Part shown: one piece after another, positions 19,063 to 28,679 of the stretch
Numbering within the stretch: the stretch's first letter is position 1
Layout of the letters: each line of letters opens with the position of its first letter
The notes under the pieces: model-generated
Told to the model about the DNA's origin: nothing
Database searches by the model: none
The model's input: the letters and a program-made list of their open reading frames with translations, nothing else
Assembly: GCA_040394775.1 (NCBI GenBank)
Contig: JBEBRN010000002.1
Coordinates: 10,486 to 74,485 of the forward strand
Length of the DNA: 64,000 nucleotides
Source of the DNA: Taishania pollutisoli
GTDB taxonomy: Bacteria; Bacteroidota; Bacteroidia; Flavobacteriales_D; Crocinitomicaceae
Reading direction: 5' to 3'
Made by a program: the position numbers and the translations under genes

Positions 19063-20859
19063 TTAAATACTAAAGTATTCCAATAATGTCTTCGCTTTTG
19101 ATTTTCCAATCACAGCTGCTAAATCCTCATGAGACGCATTTTTGATTTTCGATAGTGTTTTGAAATGCTGTAACAATGCTTGAAATGATTTTGGGCCGAT
19201 ACCTGGAATGTTCTCTAGTTCCGAGTTGAAGGCACTTTTACTTCGTCTATCTCTGTGATGAGTAATACCAAAACGGTGTGCTTCATCGCGTATTTGTTGA
19301 ATGATTTTAAGTGTTTCAGAACGTTTGTCAAGATAAATTGGAATATTATCTCCTGGAAAAAATATTTCTTCTAAACGCTTCGCTATTCCTATAATTGGAA
19401 TCTTTCCTCTAATGCCAAGGCTTTCAAGTGCATTTAAAGCGGCACTCAATTGTCCTTTTCCACCGTCTATGACAACTAAATTGGGAAATGGCTGTTCTTC
19501 CTCCATCATACGTTTGTACCGACGATAAACAACTTCTTCCATAGTCTTAAAGTCGTCTGGACCTTCGACTGTTTTTGGTATAAAATGGCGGTACTCTTTA
19601 TTGCTTGGCTTGGCATTTTTAAAGACCACACACGCCGAAACAGGATTGGTGCCTTGGATATTGGAGTTGTCAAAGCATTCGATGTGAACAGGTAATTCTG
19701 TTAATCGTAAATCGGCTTTCATTTGTGCTAAAATTCGATTCGTATGCCGCTCAGGATCGATTATTTTTTCCTGTTTTACCTTACTTAAGCGATAATAGGT
19801 ATTGTTTCGCATGGACAAATCAACGACCTCTTTTTTCTCACCACGAACTGGAACTCTGAATGTGATGCCTTCCAACTTTGTTTTGATGGGATAATTGCAT
19901 AGTACTTCCTTTGAATCACTTTGATAGCGTCCTCTGAAATCCATTAACGCATAAAGAATGATTTCTTCAATGTCTGTTTGTAAGTTCTTTTTAACCTCTA
20001 AAGTTATTCCATGAATGATAGCGCCATTGTTTATGACCAAATAATTGACATATCCTACTTCTCCATCATCTAAAAATGTAATGATGTCCATTTTGTGTAA
20101 GGTAGCAGAAACGATAGTTGATTTCGCTTGAAACTTCTCTAATATTTGTAGTTTTTCTTTAATTATATGCGCTTCTTCAAACCGATAATCTTCTGCAAAC
20201 TTCGTCATTTGCTCTTTCAAAAAACGAATGGCTGTCTGTGTATTTCCTTTTAGAATTTCTTTAATCTGTTCAATGTTCTGCAGGTATTCTTCCTCCAGAT
20301 ATTTACCTACACAAGGAGCTTTACATTTCCCAATATGATATTCCAAACAAACCGTATATTTTCCTTCCTTAATCTTTTTTGGAGCTAAATCTAAACTGCA
20401 GGTGCGTATAGGGAAAATTTCTCGGAAGAGTTCCAAAAGCGTGTGCATCATCTTGACATTGGAATATGGGCCAAAATAAAGCGAGCCATCTTTGATGATA
20501 TTTCGGGTCGAAAAAATACGTGGAAATGCTTCGTTTTTAATACAAATCCACGGATAGGTTTTGTCGTCTTTTAAAAGGATGTTATAACGTGGTTGTAATT
20601 CTTTTATTAGATTGTTTTCAAGGAGTAAAGCGTCTAACTCAGAGCCAACAACGATATATTTAATGTCACGTATTTTCTTAACAAGAACATTCGTTTTGTT
20701 GTTGTCATGAACTTTGGAAAAATAAGAATTGACCCTCTTTTTTAGGTTCTTCGCTTTCCCGACGTAAAGTATTTTACCGCTTTCGTCAAAATATTGATAA
20801 ACTCCCGGTTTTTCAGGTAATGTCTGAAGTTTTAGCCGTATTTCTTCACGAACGTCCAT
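19063..20859 (-). CDS. uvrC: Excinuclease ABC subunit C
   Basis: GIY-YIG N-terminus GVYQYFDESGKILYVGKAKNLKKRV, a UVR domain and a C-terminal helix-hairpin-helix (IPGIGPKS). 598 aa. Confidence 0.96.
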   Translation of the reverse strand: MDVREEIRLKLQTLPEKPGVYQYFDESGKILYVGKAKNLKKRVNSYFSKVHDNNKTNVLVKKIRDIKYIVVGSELDALLLENNLIKELQPRYNILLKDDKTYPWICIKNEAFPRIFSTRNIIKDGSLYFGPYSNVKMMHTLLELFREIFPIRTCSLDLAPKKIKEGKYTVCLEYHIGKCKAPCVGKYLEEEYLQNIEQIKEILKGNTQTAIRFLKEQMTKFAEDYRFEEAHIIKEKLQILEKFQAKSTIVSATLHKMDIITFLDDGEVGYVNYLVINNGAIIHGITLEVKKNLQTDIEEIILYALMDFRGRYQSDSKEVLCNYPIKTKLEGITFRVPVRGEKKEVVDLSMRNNTYYRLSKVKQEKIIDPERHTNRILAQMKADLRLTELPVHIECFDNSNIQGTNPVSACVVFKNAKPSNKEYRHFIPKTVEGPDDFKTMEEVVYRRYKRMMEEEQPFPNLVVIDGGKGQLSAALNALESLGIRGKIPIIGIAKRLEEIFFPGDNIPIYLDKRSETLKIIQQIRDEAHRFGITHHRDRRSKSAFNSELENIPGIGPKSFQALLQHFKTLSKIKNASHEDLAAVIGKSKAKTLLEYFSI

Positions 20860-20903
20860 GTGATAAAATTAAGAAAAAAAGGGTATAATAGGAAACGTTA
20901 CGA

Positions 20904-21377
20904 CTAATCTAACAAAGCAGAAATAAACTCTTTAAGTGCAGGGAAATTAATGTCTTTCGATTCATCTACTTTAAACTTCTTAGCAATAAAACCATTTCCG
21001 ACACGTACCTTACCTTGTAACGTGAGTTCCATTTTTCCAAAAAGTGCCGATGAAGCGATAGTCAATAAACTACCACTTTCAAGCTGAATTTCAAGACTGG
21101 TCGAATAAACGCCTTCTGTCTTTTTTCTGAGCTTCACTCGCTTGGTTAAGAAAACTGTTCCAAGTTTTTTACCTTTTAGATAAACGTCTAATTCCGATGG
21201 ACTCACCACAATATTTGTATTGTTGGGATTGTCAATTTTCAAGTCGGCGTCAAAACTGATCCGTTTTCCATCTTTCTTAATGTTGGAAATACTGCTCACA
21301 CCTACATATTTCACTTCATCGAAATGACAGGATGAAAATGTAAGCAATAATCCAAAAATGAGTAATAATCGAGTCAT
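20904..21377 (-). CDS. Small lipoprotein, LEA_2/NDR1-like beta-sandwich (tentative)
   Basis: Lipobox LLTFSSC. The pattern FDADLKIDNPNN..V..SELDVYL.GKKLG resembles LEA type 2 proteins. Confidence 0.6.
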   Translation of the reverse strand: MTRLLLIFGLLLTFSSCHFDEVKYVGVSSISNIKKDGKRISFDADLKIDNPNNTNIVVSPSELDVYLKGKKLGTVFLTKRVKLRKKTEGVYSTSLEIQLESGSLLTIASSALFGKMELTLQGKVRVGNGFIAKKFKVDESKDINFPALKEFISALLD

Positions 21378-21379
21378 TC

Positions 21380-22768
21380 TTAATTGTTCAACTCATTGAA
21401 ATACTGATAGAAATATGGAATGGTCTCTATTCCTTTGTAGAAGTTGAACAAACCATAATGTTCATTTGGTGAATGAATTGCGTCAGAGTCTAAACCAAAG
21501 CCCATCATAATAGTTTTGATTCCCAAAATATTTTCAAATAAGGCGATAATTGGAATACTTCCACCACTTCTAACAGGAATTGGTGTTTTACCAAATGTTT
21601 TTTCATACGCCATGCTTGCCGCTTTGTAAGCAACAGAATCAATTGGTGTTACCACTGGAAAACCACCGTGATGAGGTTCTACTTTCACTGTTACACCTGC
21701 TGGTGCAATCGCTTGAAAATGCTTTGTAAATAATTCAGTGATTTCCTCAGGATGTTGATCAGGCACTAATCGCATGGAAATTTTCGCATGTGCTTTGGAT
21801 GGAATAACTGTTTTTGCTCCTTCACCAATATAACCACCCCAAATTCCGTTGACATCTAATGTTGGACGAATAGCGCCTCTTTCTGGCGTGGAATATCCTT
21901 TCTCACCATAAACAGCATTTATTCCGATTGACTTTTTGTAATCTTCTTCACTGAAAGGTGCTTTTGCCATCAATGCTCTTTCTTCGTTTGTTAATTCAAT
22001 CGCTTTATCGTAAAAATTAGGAATAGTAATGTAATTATTTTCATCATGTAGAGAAGCAATCATCTTCGCTAGGATGTTAATCGGATTAGCAACACAACCA
22101 CCGTACAAACCAGAATGTAAATCTCTATTTGGACCTGTTACTTCGACTTCGACATAACTTAAACCTCTCAATCCTGTTGTGATAGACGGCGTGTCGTTCG
22201 CTAACATTCCTGTGTCAGAAACGAGGATAATATCAGCGGTTAGCATGTCTTTGTACTCAGAAATGAAATGTCCTAAGTTGACGCTTCCCACTTCTTCTTC
22301 CCCTTCAATCATCAACTTCACGTTGCATTTCAATTCGTTAGCGTTTAACATCGCTTCAATCGCTTTGACGTGCATGAACATTTGTCCCTTGTCGTCACAA
22401 GCACCACGTGCGAAAATCGCTCCTTCTGGATGTATTTCTGTTTTCTTGATAACAGGTTCAAAAGCCGGTGAATCCCATAATTCAATCGGGTCAGCAGGTT
22501 GAACGTCATAGTGTCCATATACTAATATCGTTGGAAAACTTTCGTTTACTATCTTTTCTCCATAGACGATAGGATGTCCTTCGGTGGGGTAAATTTTCAC
22601 TTTATCTAATCCTATTTCTGTAAGATGAGCTGATAGATAATCCGCTGTTTTCGCTACGTCTTTTGTATAAGTAGGGTCTGCAGAAATGGAAGGGATGCGT
22701 AATAAATCCATTAATTCGTTTAAGAATTTGTCTTTATTAACTGAAATATAATCATTTGTAGTGCTCAT
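21380..22768 (-). CDS. M20-family dipeptidase
   Basis: LVYGHYDVQPADP, ARGACDDKG and MIEGEEEVGS metal-ligand motifs. 462 aa. Confidence 0.88.
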   Translation of the reverse strand: MSTTNDYISVNKDKFLNELMDLLRIPSISADPTYTKDVAKTADYLSAHLTEIGLDKVKIYPTEGHPIVYGEKIVNESFPTILVYGHYDVQPADPIELWDSPAFEPVIKKTEIHPEGAIFARGACDDKGQMFMHVKAIEAMLNANELKCNVKLMIEGEEEVGSVNLGHFISEYKDMLTADIILVSDTGMLANDTPSITTGLRGLSYVEVEVTGPNRDLHSGLYGGCVANPINILAKMIASLHDENNYITIPNFYDKAIELTNEERALMAKAPFSEEDYKKSIGINAVYGEKGYSTPERGAIRPTLDVNGIWGGYIGEGAKTVIPSKAHAKISMRLVPDQHPEEITELFTKHFQAIAPAGVTVKVEPHHGGFPVVTPIDSVAYKAASMAYEKTFGKTPIPVRSGGSIPIIALFENILGIKTIMMGFGLDSDAIHSPNEHYGLFNFYKGIETIPYFYQYFNELNN

Positions 22769-22874
22769 AGAATTTTCAATTTTTTAAATTTGTGAGTTGT
22801 TGTTATTTCCTTATTGAATGAAAATGCAACTTTTCACCAAAAATAGTAGTCTTTAATTGAAACAATTCATTTTC

Positions 22875-25127
22875 ATGAAAAAAATTTTCTCTATTATACT
22901 TTTTGTGTTGGGTTCATCCACTTTTATTTTTTCCCAAACACCTACCGTTGATCTTTCTTTAACACCCCAACAATTGGTACAAGATGTTCTTGCTGGACCA
23001 GGAGTTCAAATAACAAATACGAAATTTAATGATAATGCCAATTATGTAGGAAATAGAATTGGTAAGTTTACGTATGCGGGAAGTCAAATCGATTTTTCTT
23101 CGGGTATAGTAATAGGAACAGGGGGAGTTGCAAAGGCATCAGGAACTGCAGGTGGGATGATTGGACCTAATAGTAGTTCAGGTTATAGTGAGTCAGGAAC
23201 GGGAAGTACAGTTTCTAGTGATGTCCAATTAAAAACACTTGACGTTCAGAATATGGGATTAAATGATATAGGACGTTTAGAGTTTGATTTTGTTCCTGTG
23301 GGGAACACAGTAAGTTTTCAGTTTGTTTTTAGTAGTGAGGAATACAACGAGTACGTTTGTTCTCCGTATTATGATGTTTTTGGATTTTTTGTTTCAGGCC
23401 CAAAACCTGGAGGAGGAAATTATACGAATCAAAATTTCGCATTAGTTCCTGGTACCAATACACCGATTACGATAAATACAATTAATAACGGGTCGGTTGG
23501 TTCTTCAAGTTTTGGTGGGAGTTGCCCTTCAGGAGGATTAGGAAACGCTCAGTATTTCGATGGTGTTCCTGGTGCTCATTTCCAAATGGATGGTGCAACA
23601 AAATCTTTAACCATTGAATTTAATGTGATTTGTGGTGAAACGTATCACTTTAAATTTGCTATTGCAGATGTTGGAGATGCAGCTTTAGATTCATGGGTAT
23701 TTTTAAAAGCGGGTTCTTTTCAATCGGAAGCAGTACAAGTTTCTGTCGCTACCGTTTCTGGCGATAATACCATTATTGAAGGTTGTACGGATGCTGAAAT
23801 TATTTTCACCCGTCCAATTGAACAATCGGATACAGCAATGGTGGTATATTATGAAGTTTCTGGTTCCGCTGTTGAAGGTGTTGATTACGATCCCCTACCG
23901 AATCCAATTGCTTTTCAACCAGGTGAGGATAGTTTAATATTAACACTACATCCTATTCAAGATGGTATTTCTGAAGGAACCGATTCTGTTATTATTAAAG
24001 TGTTCATTGTCAATCAATGTGGTGATACGATAGTTTCCGAAGGAACCATTTATATTATTGATAGTTTGGATATAACAACGACGGTCAATAATCCTGTTGT
24101 ATTTTGTATTAATGACTCTGTTCAACTGAATGTTTCAGCTGGTGGCGGAATTGAACCATACACGTATGCATGGAGTAATGGTTCTACCAATACGACAACA
24201 AATGTACCGATAGGATTATCAGGACCTTTTGATTATTATGTCACGGCCACGGATGCTTGTGGATTTACACAAAAAGACACGGCTCATATTACCTTAAATC
24301 AAACATTAAAAATAGATTCACTCATTGTGTCACCAACTTATTCGTGTTTAAATACTGGATATGCTAATGGTTATGCCTCTGGATTCTCAGGAACACCGAC
24401 TTATACATGGATTGGTCCAGGAGGAACAAATTCATCCACTAAAAACATCTCCGACTTAGGAACTGGATGGTATCATTTTACCGTAGAAGACAATATGTGT
24501 TCGATGACTGATAGTGTATTTGTTGATGTCATCGCTGCACCAATTGCTGTCATTAATCCAGACAAGACAAATGGATGTAATCCAACTACTTTTATTTTAG
24601 CGAATGAAAGTTCAAATGCGAATGCATACAGATGGAATACGGGGACTGGCTATTTTTCTGTCTCTACTAAAGATGCACAATCGATCAGTTTAACTAGTAG
24701 TAAGGATATTTATTTAATTGCAACGAACGGAACGTGTTCAGATACAACTAAAGTTTCACTTTCTATTGTTGATTGTGGTTGTACAGATCCAACAGCTATA
24801 AACTATGATGATGTTGCGACACTTGATGATGGTTCTTGTTTATACCATGCGCCTGAAATAGAAGTGCCTAATATTTTCACACCAAATGGTGATGGTAAAA
24901 ATGAGACGTACCAATTTATTCAACAAAATTACATTGTGAGTATAGAGTATTGGATTTTTAACCGTTGGGGAAATATCATGTATCAAACGGATAAATTGAG
25001 TACCTATTGGGATGGAAAAGTTGGAGGAAGTAATGCATCTGAAGGTGTCTACTTTATTAAATACGAAGCAACAGGCTTGAATGGTGAGAAAGTGAATGGA
25101 CATACTTTCTTCCATCTAGTTAGATAA
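22875..25127 (+). CDS. Secreted protein: choice-of-anchor L domain, Calx-beta-like and Ig-like repeats, T9SS type B sorting domain
   Basis: N-terminal signal peptide. LEFDFVPVGNTVSFQFVFSSEEYNEY, DVFGFFVSGP and YHFKFAIADVGDAALDSWVFLKAGSF are choice-of-anchor L motifs. The C-terminus PNIFTPNGDGKNETY...YWDGK...GVYFIKY...FFHLVR is a type B domain. I prefer ATG 22875 over TTG 22857. Confidence 0.85.
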   Translation: MKKIFSIILFVLGSSTFIFSQTPTVDLSLTPQQLVQDVLAGPGVQITNTKFNDNANYVGNRIGKFTYAGSQIDFSSGIVIGTGGVAKASGTAGGMIGPNSSSGYSESGTGSTVSSDVQLKTLDVQNMGLNDIGRLEFDFVPVGNTVSFQFVFSSEEYNEYVCSPYYDVFGFFVSGPKPGGGNYTNQNFALVPGTNTPITINTINNGSVGSSSFGGSCPSGGLGNAQYFDGVPGAHFQMDGATKSLTIEFNVICGETYHFKFAIADVGDAALDSWVFLKAGSFQSEAVQVSVATVSGDNTIIEGCTDAEIIFTRPIEQSDTAMVVYYEVSGSAVEGVDYDPLPNPIAFQPGEDSLILTLHPIQDGISEGTDSVIIKVFIVNQCGDTIVSEGTIYIIDSLDITTTVNNPVVFCINDSVQLNVSAGGGIEPYTYAWSNGSTNTTTNVPIGLSGPFDYYVTATDACGFTQKDTAHITLNQTLKIDSLIVSPTYSCLNTGYANGYASGFSGTPTYTWIGPGGTNSSTKNISDLGTGWYHFTVEDNMCSMTDSVFVDVIAAPIAVINPDKTNGCNPTTFILANESSNANAYRWNTGTGYFSVSTKDAQSISLTSSKDIYLIATNGTCSDTTKVSLSIVDCGCTDPTAINYDDVATLDDGSCLYHAPEIEVPNIFTPNGDGKNETYQFIQQNYIVSIEYWIFNRWGNIMYQTDKLSTYWDGKVGGSNASEGVYFIKYEATGLNGEKVNGHTFFHLVR

Positions 25128-25143
25128 GAAATTAATAGAATGT

Positions 25144-25171
25144 AAAAAAGGGTAGGAGACTACTCTTTTTT
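25144..25171. terminator. Bidirectional hairpin between convergent genes
   Basis: AAAAAAGGGTAG-gaga-CTACTCTTTTTT forms a ~12-bp stem including one G-U pair. It is flanked by A and T runs. Confidence 0.6.
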
Positions 25172-25223
25172 AGTTTTAGCATGTTTTTTTTAAAACGTAA
25201 GTGCTATAAAGAATAGCTTTACT

Positions 25224-26168
25224 TTATCCACGATGGTATAAGTAATAGTAAGTTTCGACATTGTCCAAATAAACGCCATCAAATCCAGCATTGATTATTT
25301 TGTCTGTGTAAGAATTTTCATTTCCATAAATAATATTTTGCCATTCAGAATTCCAAAACTCTACATAATACTCATCTTTATAGCCTGGATATCTCTTTTT
25401 AATCCAGGAAGGATGATGCAATTTCCAATTGGATTTCCAGTAGTAGCGATAGTTTTCTACCGAGCCAATATTCATGTAAGAAAGGACAAGACGTTGACCT
25501 CCGTTGGCTTTTGTTTTTAATTGTGCAATATCAGCAGTTGTTAGTATTTCATCATTGAAGAATAAGTCGATTAATAATACATCATAATTGGTGGCTTTTA
25601 ACGCATTAATGAGTGCTGTTTTAGAGTCGTATTTCTCGGGATTAATCAAATAAAGAAAGTTCTTCGCCTCCGACAATTGTGTGACGTCGTTTGTATTCTC
25701 GTTTATGATATAATGGGGCATTTCAAGATAGTATAGATTGTTTTTTGACCGTGGAAAACATAAAAAGCCTTCGTTGTTATATCGGTCAATATCATCTTGA
25801 ATTTTTGAATCATCTTTTACCAAATCAGAACCTAAAATGGTCTTATGCTGTTTTAGTTCTCGGAGCATATCTAAACGATAGTTGTCCGGTTTGTAAGTGC
25901 CGTCATAGAAGATTTCTTCATTTCCAAAACCATCTACTGCATCTAAATAAGCTTGATGAATACCGTTTTCTTGGGATACATTGTTAAAAGCTAATTGAAC
26001 TCCATTTTGTGGAATAATGATAAATCCAGGATGATTTGCTTTACAATAGTTAGAAATTTGAATGACAAATTCTTGCATCTTTAACGCTGCTGCTGCCGTT
26101 TTTTCTTCTTTTTTACAACCGTATAAGGCTAAAATGATGACGGAAAGGAATAGGAATCTCTTTTTCAT
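25224..26168 (-). CDS. Lipoprotein of the GH114 / TM1410-like TIM-barrel family (putative endo-alpha-1,4-polygalactosaminidase-like)
   Basis: Lipobox ILALYGC. LSYMNIGSVENYRYYWKSNW...YVEFWNSEW...GFDGVYLDNVE matches the family pattern as I remember it. Confidence 0.6.
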   Translation of the reverse strand: MKKRFLFLSVIILALYGCKKEEKTAAAALKMQEFVIQISNYCKANHPGFIIIPQNGVQLAFNNVSQENGIHQAYLDAVDGFGNEEIFYDGTYKPDNYRLDMLRELKQHKTILGSDLVKDDSKIQDDIDRYNNEGFLCFPRSKNNLYYLEMPHYIINENTNDVTQLSEAKNFLYLINPEKYDSKTALINALKATNYDVLLIDLFFNDEILTTADIAQLKTKANGGQRLVLSYMNIGSVENYRYYWKSNWKLHHPSWIKKRYPGYKDEYYVEFWNSEWQNIIYGNENSYTDKIINAGFDGVYLDNVETYYYLYHRG

Positions 26169-26353
26169 ACTCGAAATTTGAAGGTAAATTACTACTATTT
26201 CTTTCGAAAATAGAGAATCGTATTCGTATTTTAAAATTTTGTTGACTTAAGCACCATTCTCACTACCTTAAAAAAGGTACTTTGTTGTTTTTAAAATTGA
26301 TTCAGATGAATTAGAAGTAAAAAATCACTACTTTTGAATCATTCTAAATAACA

Positions 26354-26578
26354 ATGAAATTATCGAAACTCAAAATAGGACAAAAGGCGATTGTTAGAAG
26401 TATTTCCTCTAAAGAAATTTCTTCTAAACTTGTGGGTCTTGGAATTGTGGAAGGTCAAGGTATTAGTTATATGTATAAAGCGCCATTTGGCGGACCTATT
26501 GCCTTTATGGTTGGAGCTTATGTTTTAGCCTTGCGTCCAATCGAGGCGAGTGTTGTCGAAGTGGATATTCTGGATTAA
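26354..26578 (+). CDS. feoA: Ferrous iron transport protein A
   Basis: 74-aa SH3-like protein (LSKLKIGQKAIVRSI) immediately upstream of feoB. A TACTTTTG -7-like box lies at 26329-26336. Confidence 0.88.
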   Translation: MKLSKLKIGQKAIVRSISSKEISSKLVGLGIVEGQGISYMYKAPFGGPIAFMVGAYVLALRPIEASVVEVDILD

Positions 26579-26579
26579 G

Positions 26580-28502
26580 ATGAGTAAGAAGATTGCGCTA
26601 GTAGGGAATCCAAATACTGGAAAAACATCTTTATTTAATAAACTGACGGGATTACACCAAAAAGTGGGTAATTATCCGGGTGTAACGGTGGATAAAAAGG
26701 TAGGTTTTTTTAAGATTGGTGATGAGCAGTATTCCGTTACCGATTTGCCAGGAGCATATAGTTTATTTCCCAATTCAAATGAAGAAAAAATTGTCTTCGA
26801 CACACTGAAAAGAACAACTCAAACAAAGGAATTTGACAAAATACTATATGTATTAGACGCTAATAATATAGAGCGAAACTTACTTTTTTTAAGCCAATTA
26901 TACGATCTTGATTTACCACTTGTAGTGGCTGTAACGATGAATGATGTCGTTCAGAAAAAAAAGGGAGTGATTGATTTTGATAAACTTAGATCTATTTTTT
27001 CAGACATTGATTTTGTAGCCATTAATCCAAGAGTGGGTTTAGGAATGAATCGTTTGAAAGAAGCACTTCAAAGGACTGACTACGAAAGAAAATCTGATTT
27101 CTATTCCACAGAAATACGATCCATTTCCCTTGAGGATGAAGAGCTTCAACAGACTGATACGACCAATAGATTTAAGAAGATAAAACAAGTTGTAGCCGAA
27201 GTTCTAACGTCTGACACCACGAATTCATCGATAAAATTATCCAAATGGGATAAGTTTTTGGTTCATCCTATATTGGGTTATGTAATTTTCTTCTTTTTGA
27301 TGTTGATTATGTTCCAAATGGTTTATTCTATAGCAGAGAAACCGATGGAATGGATAGAAGATTCGTTTAACTATCTCGCTTCTTTTTTGAATAGTGTTTT
27401 ACCTGAAGGAATTTTACGCGGACTTTTGGTTAACGGTGTTTTAGCAGGATTAGCAGGAACACTTGTTTTTATACCACAGATAGCATTATTATTTCTCTTT
27501 ATTGGACTGTTGGAAGAGTCTGGATATATGGCTCGTGCTGTGTTTTTATTAGACAAATGGATGCGTCCTTTTGGATTAAACGGTCGTAGTGCAGTGCCGA
27601 TGATCTCGAGTGTTGCGTGTGCTATACCTGGAATTATGGCGACGCGAACGATTACCAACTGGAAAGAACGAATGACAACTATTCTTGTTACGCCTCTTAT
27701 TTCTTGTAGTGCCAGAATTCCGGTATATATACTTCTGATTGGATTGGTGGTTCCCGATAAACTAATTGTTGGCGTATTCAATCTTCAAGCGCTTGTTTTG
27801 TTTGCTATGTATTTTCTTGGTGCCGCTGGAGCATTATTTGTTGCTTTTATCTTGAAATTTATTTTAAAGTCAAAAGAATTAAGTGTTTTCATGCTTGAAA
27901 TCCCAGAATTGAAACTTCCTCACTTACGAAATGTTGGTATTCAGATTTATATCAAAGTGAAAACCTTCGTTTATGAAGCGGGTAAAATTATTGTTGCCAT
28001 TAGCATCATTCTTTGGTTTTTCTCCAGTTATGGACCTTCTACTTTTTCCGATAAAAGTCTATCCTTCTCAGAGCAGGTGAAAAATACAGATATTCCAATT
28101 GAAGAATCCTATATAGGAATATTAGGTAAAAAGATGGAGCCTGTTATTCGACCTTTAGGTTATGATTGGAAAATAGGCATTGCATTAATCACCTCGTTTG
28201 CAGCTCGGGAAGTGTTTGTAGGGACGATGTCTACTATTTATAGTGTAGAAACTAATAATGACGCTCCAGGTAGGTTAATTCATCGAATGCAAAAAGAAGT
28301 TAATGCTAATGGAGAGCCTATTTACACGCTTGCTTCGGGCCTTTCTTTGATGGTCTTTTATGCCTTTGCCATGCAGTGTATGTCTACATTAGCGGTAGTG
28401 AAGCGAGAGACAAAATCATGGAAATGGCCGTTGATTCAATTTGGATTTATGTCTTTTATGGCGTATTTTGGTGCTTTAATAACCTATAATATATTTTCAT
28501 AA
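26580..28502 (+). CDS. feoB: Ferrous iron transporter B
   Basis: G-domain LVGNPNTGKTSLFN and DLPG, followed by a polytopic membrane domain. ATG 26580 lies 1 nt after the feoA stop, so I prefer it to the track start at 26550. Confidence 0.95.
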   Translation: MSKKIALVGNPNTGKTSLFNKLTGLHQKVGNYPGVTVDKKVGFFKIGDEQYSVTDLPGAYSLFPNSNEEKIVFDTLKRTTQTKEFDKILYVLDANNIERNLLFLSQLYDLDLPLVVAVTMNDVVQKKKGVIDFDKLRSIFSDIDFVAINPRVGLGMNRLKEALQRTDYERKSDFYSTEIRSISLEDEELQQTDTTNRFKKIKQVVAEVLTSDTTNSSIKLSKWDKFLVHPILGYVIFFFLMLIMFQMVYSIAEKPMEWIEDSFNYLASFLNSVLPEGILRGLLVNGVLAGLAGTLVFIPQIALLFLFIGLLEESGYMARAVFLLDKWMRPFGLNGRSAVPMISSVACAIPGIMATRTITNWKERMTTILVTPLISCSARIPVYILLIGLVVPDKLIVGVFNLQALVLFAMYFLGAAGALFVAFILKFILKSKELSVFMLEIPELKLPHLRNVGIQIYIKVKTFVYEAGKIIVAISIILWFFSSYGPSTFSDKSLSFSEQVKNTDIPIEESYIGILGKKMEPVIRPLGYDWKIGIALITSFAAREVFVGTMSTIYSVETNNDAPGRLIHRMQKEVNANGEPIYTLASGLSLMVFYAFAMQCMSTLAVVKRETKSWKWPLIQFGFMSFMAYFGALITYNIFS

Positions 28503-28627
28503 TGGAATTAATCATTCTTGCCATAGTGTTATTGTTAGCGGCTTTCTTTCTCGTTAAGAAACTCTTCTTTAAGAAGAAAAGTTGTAGTGAATGTATGTGG
28601 TATCAAAATGAGGAAGAGACCAAATAA
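28502..28627 (+). CDS. FeoB-associated Cys-rich small membrane protein (not in the ORF track, 41 aa)
   Basis: ATG overlaps the feoB stop (TAATG). The translation is MELIILAIVLLLAAFFLVKKLFFKKKSCSECMWYQNEEETK: one TM helix, a basic stretch and CxxC. A hairpin follows it directly. Confidence 0.65.
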   Translation: MELIILAIVLLLAAFFLVKKLFFKKKSCSECMWYQNEEETK

Positions 28628-28659
28628 AAAAGCACCTAATCAATGACTAGATGCTTTTT
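28626..28659. terminator. Hairpin between the convergent feo operon and the T9SS cargo gene
   Basis: AAAAGCACCTAATCA-a-TGACTAGATGCTTTT pairs at 13 of 15 positions and is followed by a T run. Confidence 0.55.
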
Positions 28660-28679
28660 GAATTCCTTTAAAAGAAATA

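Noticed and set aside
26298-26344. Possible Fur boxes upstream of feoA: TGATTCAGATGAATTA at 26298-26313 and GAATCATTC at 26336-26344.
   Set aside because: They show only loose resemblance to the GATAATGATAATCATTATC consensus, and short AT-rich near-palindromes are expected by chance here. I cannot support a call without a genome-wide motif model.
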